Assembly: GCA_902784805.1 (NCBI GenBank) | Contig: CACZWD010000012.1 | Span: 11,133-75,132 of the forward strand | Origin: an uncultured Ruminococcus sp. | GTDB lineage: Bacteria > Bacillota > Clostridia > RUG12999 | Reading direction: 5' to 3' | DNA: 64,000 bases | Shown: piece after piece, positions 47,784 to 55,368 of the stretch | How the letters are laid out: the number at the start of each line of letters is the position of its first letter | How positions within the stretch are numbered: position 1 is the first letter of the stretch | Position numbers and translations under genes: made by a program | Notes under the pieces: model-generated | Told to the model about the DNA's origin: nothing | Database searches by the model: none | What the model saw: only the letters and a program-made list of their open reading frames with translations

Positions 47784-48083
47784 CTATGAGATTGTGCTGT
47801 CAATATTGCGGATTATATATCCTTTTTCTTTTAAAAGTTCAGCGACATATTTTAAAAGTATAAGGCTGTTTATCCCGCTGTAACGCGGGTCGCTGTCGGG
47901 GAAATGCCCGCCTATATCGCCGAGCGCGGCGGCGCCGAGCAAAGCGTCAGCGATACTGTGAACAAGCACATCTGCATCGGAATGACCGAGCAAGCCTTTT
48001 TCGTAGGGTATGTTCACGCCGCCTATTATAAGCTTTCTGCCTTCGGTTAAAATATGTACATCGTAGCCGGTGCCAACACGCAT
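47784..48083 (-). CDS. ispF: 2-C-methyl-D-erythritol 2,4-cyclodiphosphate synthase IspF, 3'-truncated (99 aa instead of about 155)
   Basis: From ATG 48083 the product reads [10 protein letters not shown]...[34 protein letters not shown]...NIDSTIS-stop. It lacks the conserved C-terminal third (IAQ.PK...K.TT.E.LGF.GR.EGI). The proS start codon is only about 50 nt downstream, so no space remains for the missing part. Confidence 0.8.
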   Translation of the reverse strand: MRVGTGYDVHILTEGRKLIIGGVNIPYEKGLLGHSDADVLVHSIADALLGAAALGDIGGHFPDSDPRYSGINSLILLKYVAELLKEKGYIIRNIDSTIS

Positions 48084-48085
48084 TT

Positions 48086-48790
48086 TTACAAACCTTCTTT
48101 TTTGTTTTTTTCTGTAAAACCTTCGGCAAATTTCAAATCGGACGGGGTAGTTATTTTGATGTTTGAATACTCGCCGTTTACCATTGCCGTTTTTATGCCT
48201 TCGCTGCACAAAAGCCCGCATAAATCGGTATATTTTTCAAAATCACTTATATGTTTTTCAAGAATATTTTTTAAAAGCTTAAAATTAACCGTCTGAGGTG
48301 TCTGAACATTGTAAAGCGAGCTTCTTTCGGGGACGGACAAAACAAAACCGCCGTCCTGCGACGTACAGATTGTATCAACGGTTTTTACAAAAGTTCCGGC
48401 AGCGGAATACTTTTCGCAAAGATTAATGTTTTCAAGAATTATCTCTTTACTGACAAAAGGGCGAACAGCGTCGTGAGTTATGACAATATCATTGTCAGTC
48501 ACAGAGCGTTTCGCCTCAATTTCGTTTAAAATATTGTATATTGTTTCCATACGGTTTTCGCCGCCCGTAACAACCTCTGTTTTTTCCGAAAGATTAAATT
48601 TTTCAAAAAGCTCTTTTGTATAAGCTTTTTTGTTGTCCGAAACGCCGACAAAAAGCCTGTCGGACAAATCATAAAATTTTTCGGCGGTTAAAATAATAAT
48701 GGGCTTTCCGTTTATTTCAAGGAAATGCTTCGGTATGGCAGCACCCATACGCCTTCCTATGCCGCCGGCGGCAAGAGCTGTATAAATCAT
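48086..48790 (-). CDS. ispD: 2-C-methyl-D-erythritol 4-phosphate cytidylyltransferase
   Basis: 234 aa. [11 protein letters not shown]...[12 protein letters not shown], and [10 protein letters not shown]. Confidence 0.88.
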   Translation of the reverse strand: MIYTALAAGGIGRRMGAAIPKHFLEINGKPIIILTAEKFYDLSDRLFVGVSDNKKAYTKELFEKFNLSEKTEVVTGGENRMETIYNILNEIEAKRSVTDNDIVITHDAVRPFVSKEIILENINLCEKYSAAGTFVKTVDTICTSQDGGFVLSVPERSSLYNVQTPQTVNFKLLKNILEKHISDFEKYTDLCGLLCSEGIKTAMVNGEYSNIKITTPSDLKFAEGFTEKNKKEGL

Positions 48791-48796
48791 AAAAGC

Positions 48797-49288
48797 CTAC
48801 TTTCCGACCGCGCGGTCAATTATTTTTTTAAGCTTATCTTCAACCTTGTCGGAAGAAACATTTTTTGAAAGCATTATTTCGGAAATAAGTATTTGTTTTG
48901 CGCTAACAAGCATTTTTCTTTCTCCGGATGAGAGAGTCTTTTCTTTATCGCGGCACATGAGCATTTTTACCACGCCCGCAACCTCATAAACATCACCGCT
49001 TTTTATATGAGCAATATTTTCACGGTAACGCTTGTTCCAATTGGAGTTAAATTCGCCCTGATATTTTTCGATAAATTCAAAAACAGCGTCGGCTTCTTTT
49101 GTATCTATGACAGTTCTCACGCCTATTACATCGGCATTATCGACAGGAATTTTCACCTTCATGCCGTCCATGGGCATTTTAAGGACATAGTAATCCTTAA
49201 CGTTGCCGAGAATGTCCTGGCTCTCGATTTTTTCAATTATTCCGGCTCCGTGCATTGGATACAGCACCTTATCGCCTACATTATACAA
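48797..49288 (-). CDS. carD: CarD/CdnL family transcriptional regulator
   Basis: The ORF extends to 49363. TTG 49288, after GGTGA, gives (M)YNVGDKVLYPMHGAGIIEKIE, the canonical CarD N-terminus. Confidence 0.82.
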   Translation of the reverse strand: MYNVGDKVLYPMHGAGIIEKIESQDILGNVKDYYVLKMPMDGMKVKIPVDNADVIGVRTVIDTKEADAVFEFIEKYQGEFNSNWNKRYRENIAHIKSGDVYEVAGVVKMLMCRDKEKTLSSGERKMLVSAKQILISEIMLSKNVSSDKVEDKLKKIIDRAVGK

Positions 49289-49443
49289 AACTATCACCAA
49301 CGCTTTCAAAATTACAAATAAAACAGTATCAAAGAAGATACTCCTACAAATATATTTTACCATAAAACTTATAAAATGTCAAAGTTTTTTTAGAGAAAAA
49401 TTACACAAAAGAGTAAAAAATTTAAAAATTTTATCTCATTCTA

Positions 49444-49472
49444 TTGACAAAAGATTATATATATGTTAAAAT
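49444..49472 (+). promoter_or_regulatory. promoter of the lysine-riboswitch operon (TTGACA-17-TGtTAAAAT)
   Basis: TTGACA at 49444..49449 and an extended -10 ending at 49472. Confidence 0.65.
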
Positions 49473-49479
49473 ATAGTCA

Positions 49480-49746
49480 TTGGTAGAGGTGCATTTTGTA
49501 AAAAGTAAGTTTTTGCCCTAAGGGTTTCCTTAAAGCTCGTTTCGCCGAGCGTGGCTTAAACCGAAAGGTGCAGGTGCCGAAGGAGGTTAACGCGAAAGTA
49601 ACTTTCCTGGCAAAATGAAATAAGATTCATTTTGCTGTCGCGGCGGTATGCCGCGGAGCGCTATCGTACTTTAAATATTTACCGTGCCATGCCGGTACGG
49701 CATAAAAGGAGTAACGATAGCCGCATATAAACGGCTATTTTTTTTA
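49480..49746 (+). promoter_or_regulatory. lysine riboswitch (L-box) with terminator/antiterminator expression platform
   Basis: The 5' GGTAGAGGTGC pairs with ...GCGCTATC (P1). Conserved L-box elements are TGCCGAAGGAGG and CCTGGCAAAATG...TTTTGCTGTCGCGG. The terminator ATAGCCG-N8-CGGCTAT plus T8 lies at 49716..49746. Its 5' arm can alternatively pair with the P1 3' strand. It sits upstream of dapA-dapB-lysA. Confidence 0.88.
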
Positions 49747-49771
49747 AACCGTAATAATTAGCAGGAGGATT

Positions 49772-50596
49772 TTGGATTATGAGCTTTTCGGTAAATTTAT
49801 CGATTGGCAGATTGAAAGCGGCGTTGACGCTCTTGTTGCCTGCGGTACAACGGGCGAAGCTTCTACGCTTAGCGAACAGGAGCATATGGACGCGATAAAA
49901 TACGCTGTCGAAAGGACGGCGGGCAGAGTTCCCGTTATTGCGGGAACGGGCAGTAACGACACCGAATTCGCGCTTGAGCTTACAAGGTTTGCGTGTGAAG
50001 CGGGAGCGGACGCCGTGCTTGTTGTAACGCCCTATTATAATAAAGCGACGCAAAACGGTCTTATAAAAATGTTTTCAACAATCGCGGACGAAAGCACAAA
50101 GCCTGTTATTCTTTACAATGTGCCGTCCAGAACAGGTGTGAATATCGCTCCGAAAACCTGCGCGGCTCTTGCCGAGCATGATAACATTGTTGCCGTAAAA
50201 GAAGCCAGCGGCAATATTTCACAGATTGCGGAAATCGCGCATCTTGTAAGAGGTAAAATGGATTTGTATTCTGGCAATGACGACCAGGTGCTTCCCGTGC
50301 TTTCTCTCGGTGGCAAAGGCGTTATATCAGTGCTTTCAAACATTATGCCGAAAGAGACGTGCGAAATATGCAGAAGGTTTTTCGCGGGTAACGTTAAAGG
50401 CAGCGCGGAGCTTCAGCTTGACCTTTTGCCGCTTATTGACGCTCTGTTTTGCGAGGTTAACCCCATACCCGTTAAAGCGGCAACCGCAAAAATGGGCTTT
50501 TGTAAAAACTATCTTCGCCTTCCTCTCACAACCATGGAGGAGGCTAATGCCGAAAAGCTTTACTCCATTATGCGAGGTCACGGTTTAATAAAATAA
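49772..50596 (+). CDS. dapA: 4-hydroxy-tetrahydrodipicolinate synthase DapA, lacking about 20 N-terminal residues
   Basis: The ORF begins at a TTG only 3 nt after GGAGG and reads (M)DYELFGKFIDWQIESGVDALVACGTTGE... The conserved first strand (..G...A.VTPF....G.) that precedes this segment in DapA is absent. The rest is full length, including the Schiff-base Lys context VAVKEASG. Confidence 0.8.
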   Translation: MDYELFGKFIDWQIESGVDALVACGTTGEASTLSEQEHMDAIKYAVERTAGRVPVIAGTGSNDTEFALELTRFACEAGADAVLVVTPYYNKATQNGLIKMFSTIADESTKPVILYNVPSRTGVNIAPKTCAALAEHDNIVAVKEASGNISQIAEIAHLVRGKMDLYSGNDDQVLPVLSLGGKGVISVLSNIMPKETCEICRRFFAGNVKGSAELQLDLLPLIDALFCEVNPIPVKAATAKMGFCKNYLRLPLTTMEEANAEKLYSIMRGHGLIK

Positions 50597-50614
50597 TAAA
50601 AAGGATTGAAAAAC

Positions 50615-51361
50615 ATGAGAATTATAGTAAACGGCTCAAACGGCAGAATGGGCAGAGAAGTTGTAAAAATGCTGCTTGACGGCGTAAGGGGCTGTACCCT
50701 TGCCGCCGCGGTTGATATTAACCCTCCCGCCGCTGAAAGCTATCCGACCTTTTCTTCGCTTGAAAAAGTGAATGTAGATGCGGACTGCCTTGTTGATTTT
50801 TCACACCATTCTGCGGCGCTTGCCGTTGCGAATTTTGCCGTAAGCAGCGGACTCCCCGCTGTTATCGCGACAACGGGACAGACCGAGGAGGAGCTTTCAT
50901 ATATAAAAAAAGCGGCGGAAAGCGTACCTGTATTTTTTTCCGCGAATATGTCGCTCGGAGTTGCACTTCTTGCGGAGCTTGCAAGGCTCACGGCGAAAAC
51001 AATGCCGGACGCCGATATTGAAATAATCGAAACTCATCACAACCGTAAGCTTGACGCGCCGAGCGGAACAGCGCTGCTTCTTGCGAATGAAATAAAAAAA
51101 GTACGTGAAGACGCGGATTTTGTTTACGGAAGAAGCGGTCAGCAAAAAAGAAACGAAGGCGAAATCGGCATACACGCTGTGCGTATGGGGAATATTGTCG
51201 GTATTCACGAAATCAGGGTAGGCACCGACACGCAGACAATCACCTTAAAGCACGAGGCTCACTCAAGAGCGCTTTTTGCCGAAGGTGCGCTTGCCGCCGC
51301 GGTATTTTTGCAGGATAAGCCTTGCGGCATATATAATATGAGCGATATGGTAAAATCTTAA
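50615..51361 (+). CDS. dapB: 4-hydroxy-tetrahydrodipicolinate reductase
   Basis: The ORF starts at TTG 50606; ATG 50615 lies 9 nt after AAAGGA. MRIIVNGSNGRMG (NAD(P) binding), and E.HH..K.DAPSGTA. Confidence 0.88.
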   Translation: MRIIVNGSNGRMGREVVKMLLDGVRGCTLAAAVDINPPAAESYPTFSSLEKVNVDADCLVDFSHHSAALAVANFAVSSGLPAVIATTGQTEEELSYIKKAAESVPVFFSANMSLGVALLAELARLTAKTMPDADIEIIETHHNRKLDAPSGTALLLANEIKKVREDADFVYGRSGQQKRNEGEIGIHAVRMGNIVGIHEIRVGTDTQTITLKHEAHSRALFAEGALAAAVFLQDKPCGIYNMSDMVKS

Positions 51362-51380
51362 ACGAAAGGTCTGATATGGA

Positions 51381-52676
51381 ATGTTTATTTGTGATAATAT
51401 AGGTGAAAAAGGCGGTCATCTCACCTTTGCAGGCAGAGATGTTACGCTTCTTGCGAAAAAATACGGCACGCCGCTTTACCTTATGGACGAAAATAAAATA
51501 AGAGAAAACTGCCGGATTTATAAAAACGCTTTTAAAAAATATTTCGGCGAAAACGCGCTTCCGCTTTTCGCGAGCAAAGCGGCATCGTTCAAGCGGCTTT
51601 ACGAAATAATGACCGAAGAAAAAATGGGTACGGACGTTGTATCGGCGGGTGAAATATATACCGCCGTAAAAGCGGGATTTGACCTTAAAAACGCCTATTT
51701 TCACAGTAACAACAAGACGGATTTTGATATTGAATTCGCTATTTCAAACGGCATCGGTTATTTTGTTGCCGATAATATAGAGGAGCTTTCGGCAATTGAC
51801 CGTGAAGCCGGGAAAAAGGGAATAAAACAAAATGTTTTGCTTCGTATTACGCCGGGAATTGACCCGCATACATTTGAGGCAATATCAACCGGCAAGGTGG
51901 ATTCAAAATTCGGCTCGGCAATAGAAACGGGTCAGGCGCTTGAAATAACGAAGCAGGCGCTTGGAATGGAAAATATAAAGCTTTGCGGATTTCATTGTCA
52001 TATCGGTTCGCAGATTTTTGAAACAGAGCCGTTTTTCAAAGCAGGGCTTGTTATGTTGGATTTTATAGCGGATATTAAGGCAAAGCTCGGTTTTGAAGCG
52101 GAACAGCTTAATCTCGGCGGCGGTTACGGTGTCAGATATACCGAAAGCGACCCCGTTTTTGATATAGAAAAGAGTATAGGCGAGCTTGCGAAAGCTATGA
52201 AAGAAAAAGCGGCGGCGCTTAAAATAAATATGCCGAAAATCCTCATGGAGCCCGGCAGAAGTATTGTTGGTAATGCCGGAATGACGCTTTACACGGCAGG
52301 GACGGTAAAAATCATACCGGGCTTTAAATCGTATGTTTCGATTGACGGCGGTATGCCCGATAATCCGAGATATGCGCTTTATAAATCCGATTACACCGTT
52401 TATAACGCTTCAAAAACAGATAAAGAAGTCGGTTTTGAATGCTCTGTTGTCGGAAGATGCTGTGAAAGCGGAGATATAATTCAGGAAAACGTTAATCTTG
52501 TAAAGCCCGAAAGAGGCGATATAATTGCAGTTCTTACAACGGGCGCGTATAATTATTCCATGGCGTCGAATTATAACCGTATCGGCAAGCCGCCCGTAGT
52601 TATGCTTGACGGCGAAAAGGATTATATTGCTGTCAAGGGCGAAACGCTTGAAGATATTGTACGGAACGATATATAA
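51381..52676 (+). CDS. lysA: diaminopimelate decarboxylase
   Basis: 431 aa. YGTPLYLMDE, a PLP-binding region, GGGYGV, and the C-terminal CESGD motif. Confidence 0.9.
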   Translation: MFICDNIGEKGGHLTFAGRDVTLLAKKYGTPLYLMDENKIRENCRIYKNAFKKYFGENALPLFASKAASFKRLYEIMTEEKMGTDVVSAGEIYTAVKAGFDLKNAYFHSNNKTDFDIEFAISNGIGYFVADNIEELSAIDREAGKKGIKQNVLLRITPGIDPHTFEAISTGKVDSKFGSAIETGQALEITKQALGMENIKLCGFHCHIGSQIFETEPFFKAGLVMLDFIADIKAKLGFEAEQLNLGGGYGVRYTESDPVFDIEKSIGELAKAMKEKAAALKINMPKILMEPGRSIVGNAGMTLYTAGTVKIIPGFKSYVSIDGGMPDNPRYALYKSDYTVYNASKTDKEVGFECSVVGRCCESGDIIQENVNLVKPERGDIIAVLTTGAYNYSMASNYNRIGKPPVVMLDGEKDYIAVKGETLEDIVRNDI

Positions 52677-52684
52677 TTTATTTT

Positions 52685-52729
52685 AAAACAGCAGGTGAAA
52701 TGTTTTTCGCGCATTTCACCTGCTGTTTT
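52685..52729. terminator. bidirectional terminator after lysA
   Basis: 18-bp perfect stem AAAACAGCAGGTGAAATG / CATTTCACCTGCTGTTTT. Confidence 0.85.
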
Positions 52730-52756
52730 ATATGAAAAGAGAGATTTTTTATCACG

Positions 52757-53356
52757 TCAGCCTATAAACATTTGTGTCCAATAGTTGCCGCCCGTGACAT
52801 ATCCCACACCGATTTTTTTATATGAAGCATTTAAAATATTTGCTTTGTGTCCCGGAGAGTTCATCCAGGCGTTTACAACCTCTTTCGGAGTTCTTTGCCC
52901 CATTGCGATGTTTTCGCCCGCGTAGCGGTAAGAAAGCCCAAAAGCTTTCATCATTTCAAAGGGGGAGCCGTAGGTGGGGCTTGTATGAGAAAAGTATTTT
53001 TTGTCCTTCATATCCTGCGATTTATAGCGGGCGACGCGGCTAAGCTCCCAATCCTCCGTAAGAGCCGAAAGCCCGTATTTTGCGCGTTCCTCATTGACAA
53101 GCCTTACAACCTCTTTTTCATAGTTTGTTATATTCTCGTCAAGAGAAGGAATGTTTAAAACCTGTCCCGGATAAATAAGCTCAGGATTTGTAATCTGCTT
53201 GTTTGCCGCTATAATTTCACTCAAGCCCACTTTGTATTTTACGGCAATTTTCCACATTGTATCGCCCGGAGCAACCGTATGCGTGCCGGCTGCGGATGCG
53301 CAAAAAGACGTAATAAGCATAATAGCCGCAAAAATAAAAGTAATTTTTTTCTTCAT
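52757..53356 (-). CDS. secreted LysM plus CAP/SCP (YkwD-like) domain protein
   Basis: 199 aa with a signal peptide. LysM reads HTVAPGDTMWKIAVKYKVGLSEIIAANK...PGQVLNIP. The CAP domain has NAWMNSPGHKANIL. Confidence 0.8.
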   Translation of the reverse strand: MKKKITFIFAAIMLITSFCASAAGTHTVAPGDTMWKIAVKYKVGLSEIIAANKQITNPELIYPGQVLNIPSLDENITNYEKEVVRLVNEERAKYGLSALTEDWELSRVARYKSQDMKDKKYFSHTSPTYGSPFEMMKAFGLSYRYAGENIAMGQRTPKEVVNAWMNSPGHKANILNASYKKIGVGYVTGGNYWTQMFIG

Positions 53357-53497
53357 AATAAAACCTTCTTTCCTGTTTTGATTGCGCCGTATTTAGTATA
53401 ACATATCGGCGACGGTAATTTCAAATGCAATTTAAGTAAAAAGATACAGCATATTACAGCATTCAGATAAAATCAGGTTTGTTATCAGTCAAAAATG

Positions 53498-53526
53498 TTG
53501 ACTTTTAGGTAAAAATCCGATATAAT
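53498..53526 (+). promoter_or_regulatory. promoter TTGACT-17-TATAAT upstream of the 53703 gene
   Basis: TTGACT at 53498..53503 and TATAAT at 53521..53526. A leader of about 170 nt follows. Confidence 0.55.
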
Positions 53527-53702
53527 ATATTATGTATGTTTGTAAAATTTGTCGTTCGGAACGGTGATAAAAATGGCGGTTGATTATAATATGCTTAGAA
53601 ACCTTTTGATTGACAGAGGATTTATGATTTTAAGGCAGATTACATTATGGTTATATAACTTTGTTATGATAAAATTTTTAAACTATCGCAGGAGGGAAAT
53701 GA

Positions 53703-54785
53703 ATGAATACTCGAAAACTAAAAACTGCTGTATCTGAGTTTTCAAACAAGCAGAAAAATAATTCTGCATATTACGAGGAAAATTGGGCAGAGAGACAAGA
53801 ACGCAAGAAATATTATCAGTCATTTACCAGAGATAAACTCTTGAAAATGACAGAGGATGAATTTTACGAATATATAAGCAAGCTTTGGTCTATGCTTATT
53901 TGGGGAAATAAAAAATATATTGCGGATAAGCTAATTGATGACAATGGTTTTGACACTCTGAAAAGTGAACTCGCCGAATTGCTTTATGGTACAAGTCCTA
54001 TTGAAAAACGTTGGGATGTATTTTTAAAATCCATCAAAGGCATAGGACCTGCTACAATAAGCGAATTACTTACATATGCAAACCCTGAAGAATATGTTAT
54101 TTTTAATAAAACTACTATTCTTTGTTTTTCTTATCTTGATATACCGGATATGCCTAAATATAACTATCAATATACCGGGAAGAAGTATTCTGAAGTATGT
54201 GAAATTGCAAAAGGTATTTCTAAAGAGTTAAAAGAAGCAGGCACAGCAGATTATGATCTTTTAGCGGTTGACTATTTTATGTGGGATGAAATTCTTCCAC
54301 TTGCAGAGAAAAAAGAAGTTAAAACAGATGAAACCACTACCCAAAAAGATAAAACCGTAAGTGATAAAGATTCAAAGTCCTTGCACGACGAGATTAAAGA
54401 AAAGCTTGTTGCCATTGGTGAATTGCTTGGATTTGAAAGTCGTTCTGAAGTGAAAATCACAACGGGTGCTGTTGTGGATGCTGTTTGGGAAGCAAAAATC
54501 GGTAATATGGGGAAAGCTATATATGTATTTGAAGTGCAATCTAGAGGCTCTATTGACAGCTTGATTTTGAATTTGAAAAAAGCTCAAAGTAATGCGGCAG
54601 TACAAGCCGTCGTTGCTGTTGCAGATGAAGCACAACTTGCTAAAATAATTAGTGAGAGTAATGGAGTGATTGACGAAAAATCTTTGAGAACTTGGGATTC
54701 GGAAGATGTTTTAGCGGTTTATGATTCGCTTGTACGCGCACATGAATCTATAAATAAACTGGCTCTTGTACCGGAAAGCTTTTAG
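53703..54785 (+). CDS. hypothetical protein: HhH-like N-terminal domain plus restriction-endonuclease-like C-terminal domain (candidate stand-alone nuclease)
   Basis: 360 aa with GGAGGG 6 nt upstream, in a locally AT-rich region. The N-terminal part has IKGIGPATISELLTYANPEEYVIFN (helix-hairpin-helix-like). The C-terminal part has LHDEIKEKLVAIGELLGFES...VVDAVWEAK...IYVFEVQSRGS, a D...E.Q/K pattern like PD-(D/E)xK folds. Confidence 0.45.
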   Translation: MNTRKLKTAVSEFSNKQKNNSAYYEENWAERQERKKYYQSFTRDKLLKMTEDEFYEYISKLWSMLIWGNKKYIADKLIDDNGFDTLKSELAELLYGTSPIEKRWDVFLKSIKGIGPATISELLTYANPEEYVIFNKTTILCFSYLDIPDMPKYNYQYTGKKYSEVCEIAKGISKELKEAGTADYDLLAVDYFMWDEILPLAEKKEVKTDETTTQKDKTVSDKDSKSLHDEIKEKLVAIGELLGFESRSEVKITTGAVVDAVWEAKIGNMGKAIYVFEVQSRGSIDSLILNLKKAQSNAAVQAVVAVADEAQLAKIISESNGVIDEKSLRTWDSEDVLAVYDSLVRAHESINKLALVPESF

Positions 54786-54808
54786 GGCGTAATATAAGGA
54801 GAATAACT

Positions 54809-55159
54809 ATGCTTGAATTTATTTGCTATCCAAAATGTACGACTTGTCAGAAAGCAAAAAAATGGCTTGACGACAACAAAATTGAATATGAGCTTCGTGA
54901 TATAAAAGAGAATAATCCGAGTTTTGAGGAATTAGCCGCTTGGTATAAAACAAGCGGGCTTCCGTTAAAGAAATTCTTTAACACATCGGGACTTTTGTAT
55001 AAGTCAATGAAGCTGAAGGACAAGCTTCCCAAAATGTCAGAGGAAGAACAGTTAAAACTGCTTGCAACGGACGGAATGCTTGTAAAGAGACCGCTTTTAA
55101 CAGGTAAGGATTTTGTTTTGGTGGGCTTTAAAGAAAGCGAATGGAGCGAAAAATTGTAA
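54809..55159 (+). CDS. ArsC/Spx/MgsR-family thioredoxin-fold protein
   Basis: 116 aa. N-terminal CxxC (YPKCTTCQKAKKWL), then LVKRPLL. Confidence 0.82.
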   Translation: MLEFICYPKCTTCQKAKKWLDDNKIEYELRDIKENNPSFEELAAWYKTSGLPLKKFFNTSGLLYKSMKLKDKLPKMSEEEQLKLLATDGMLVKRPLLTGKDFVLVGFKESEWSEKL

Positions 55160-55266
55160 AAGAATTTCGGCTCGGAAGCCGTTTATATCCTATGCCGGTA
55201 CTCATTATCCGCACATATGACGGGAACGGAAAGCCCAATGCTATGAATGCCTTGTGGTTTGAATAA
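55141..55266 (+). pseudogene. remnant of a flavin reductase-like (flavoredoxin family) gene, first about 41 codons only
   Basis: MERKIVKEFRLGSRLYPMPVLIIRTYDGNGKPNAMNALWFE-stop matches the N-terminus (..YP.PV..V.T.D..GKPN.M..AW) of proteins of about 160-190 aa. It is followed immediately by the uvrB promoter. Confidence 0.6.
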
Positions 55267-55301
55267 GCGAGGACGCACAGATTTCAATCTGTATATTTTA
55301 C

Positions 55302-55350
55302 TTGACAATTCCTTAGGGATATGCTATAATATTTACCGAACAAATGTTTG
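55302..55350 (+). promoter_or_regulatory. uvrB promoter (TTGACA-17-TGcTATAAT) with a Cheo-type LexA box
   Basis: TTGACA at 55302..55307 and TATAAT at 55325..55330. CGAACAAATGTTTG at 55337..55350 matches the Gram-positive SOS box CGAAC-N4-GTTYG. Confidence 0.75.
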
Positions 55351-55368
55351 ATTTGATAGGAGAGAAGT

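Noticed and set aside
49679-50053. 124-aa minus-strand ORF over the riboswitch terminator and dapA 5' end
   Set aside because: It is antisense to dapA and to the L-box expression platform. The product is Arg-rich and implausible.
51240-51704. 154-aa minus-strand ORF spanning the dapB/lysA junction
   Set aside because: It is antisense to two supported genes, with an Arg/Phe-rich translation.
53549-53737. 62-aa ORF in the leader of the 53703 gene
   Set aside because: The first 17 or so residues from the internal ATG (MAVDYNMLRNLLIDRGF) vaguely resemble a Cro-like N-terminus. The remainder is hydrophobic nonsense running into the next gene's RBS. It may be a relic but cannot be supported as a gene.
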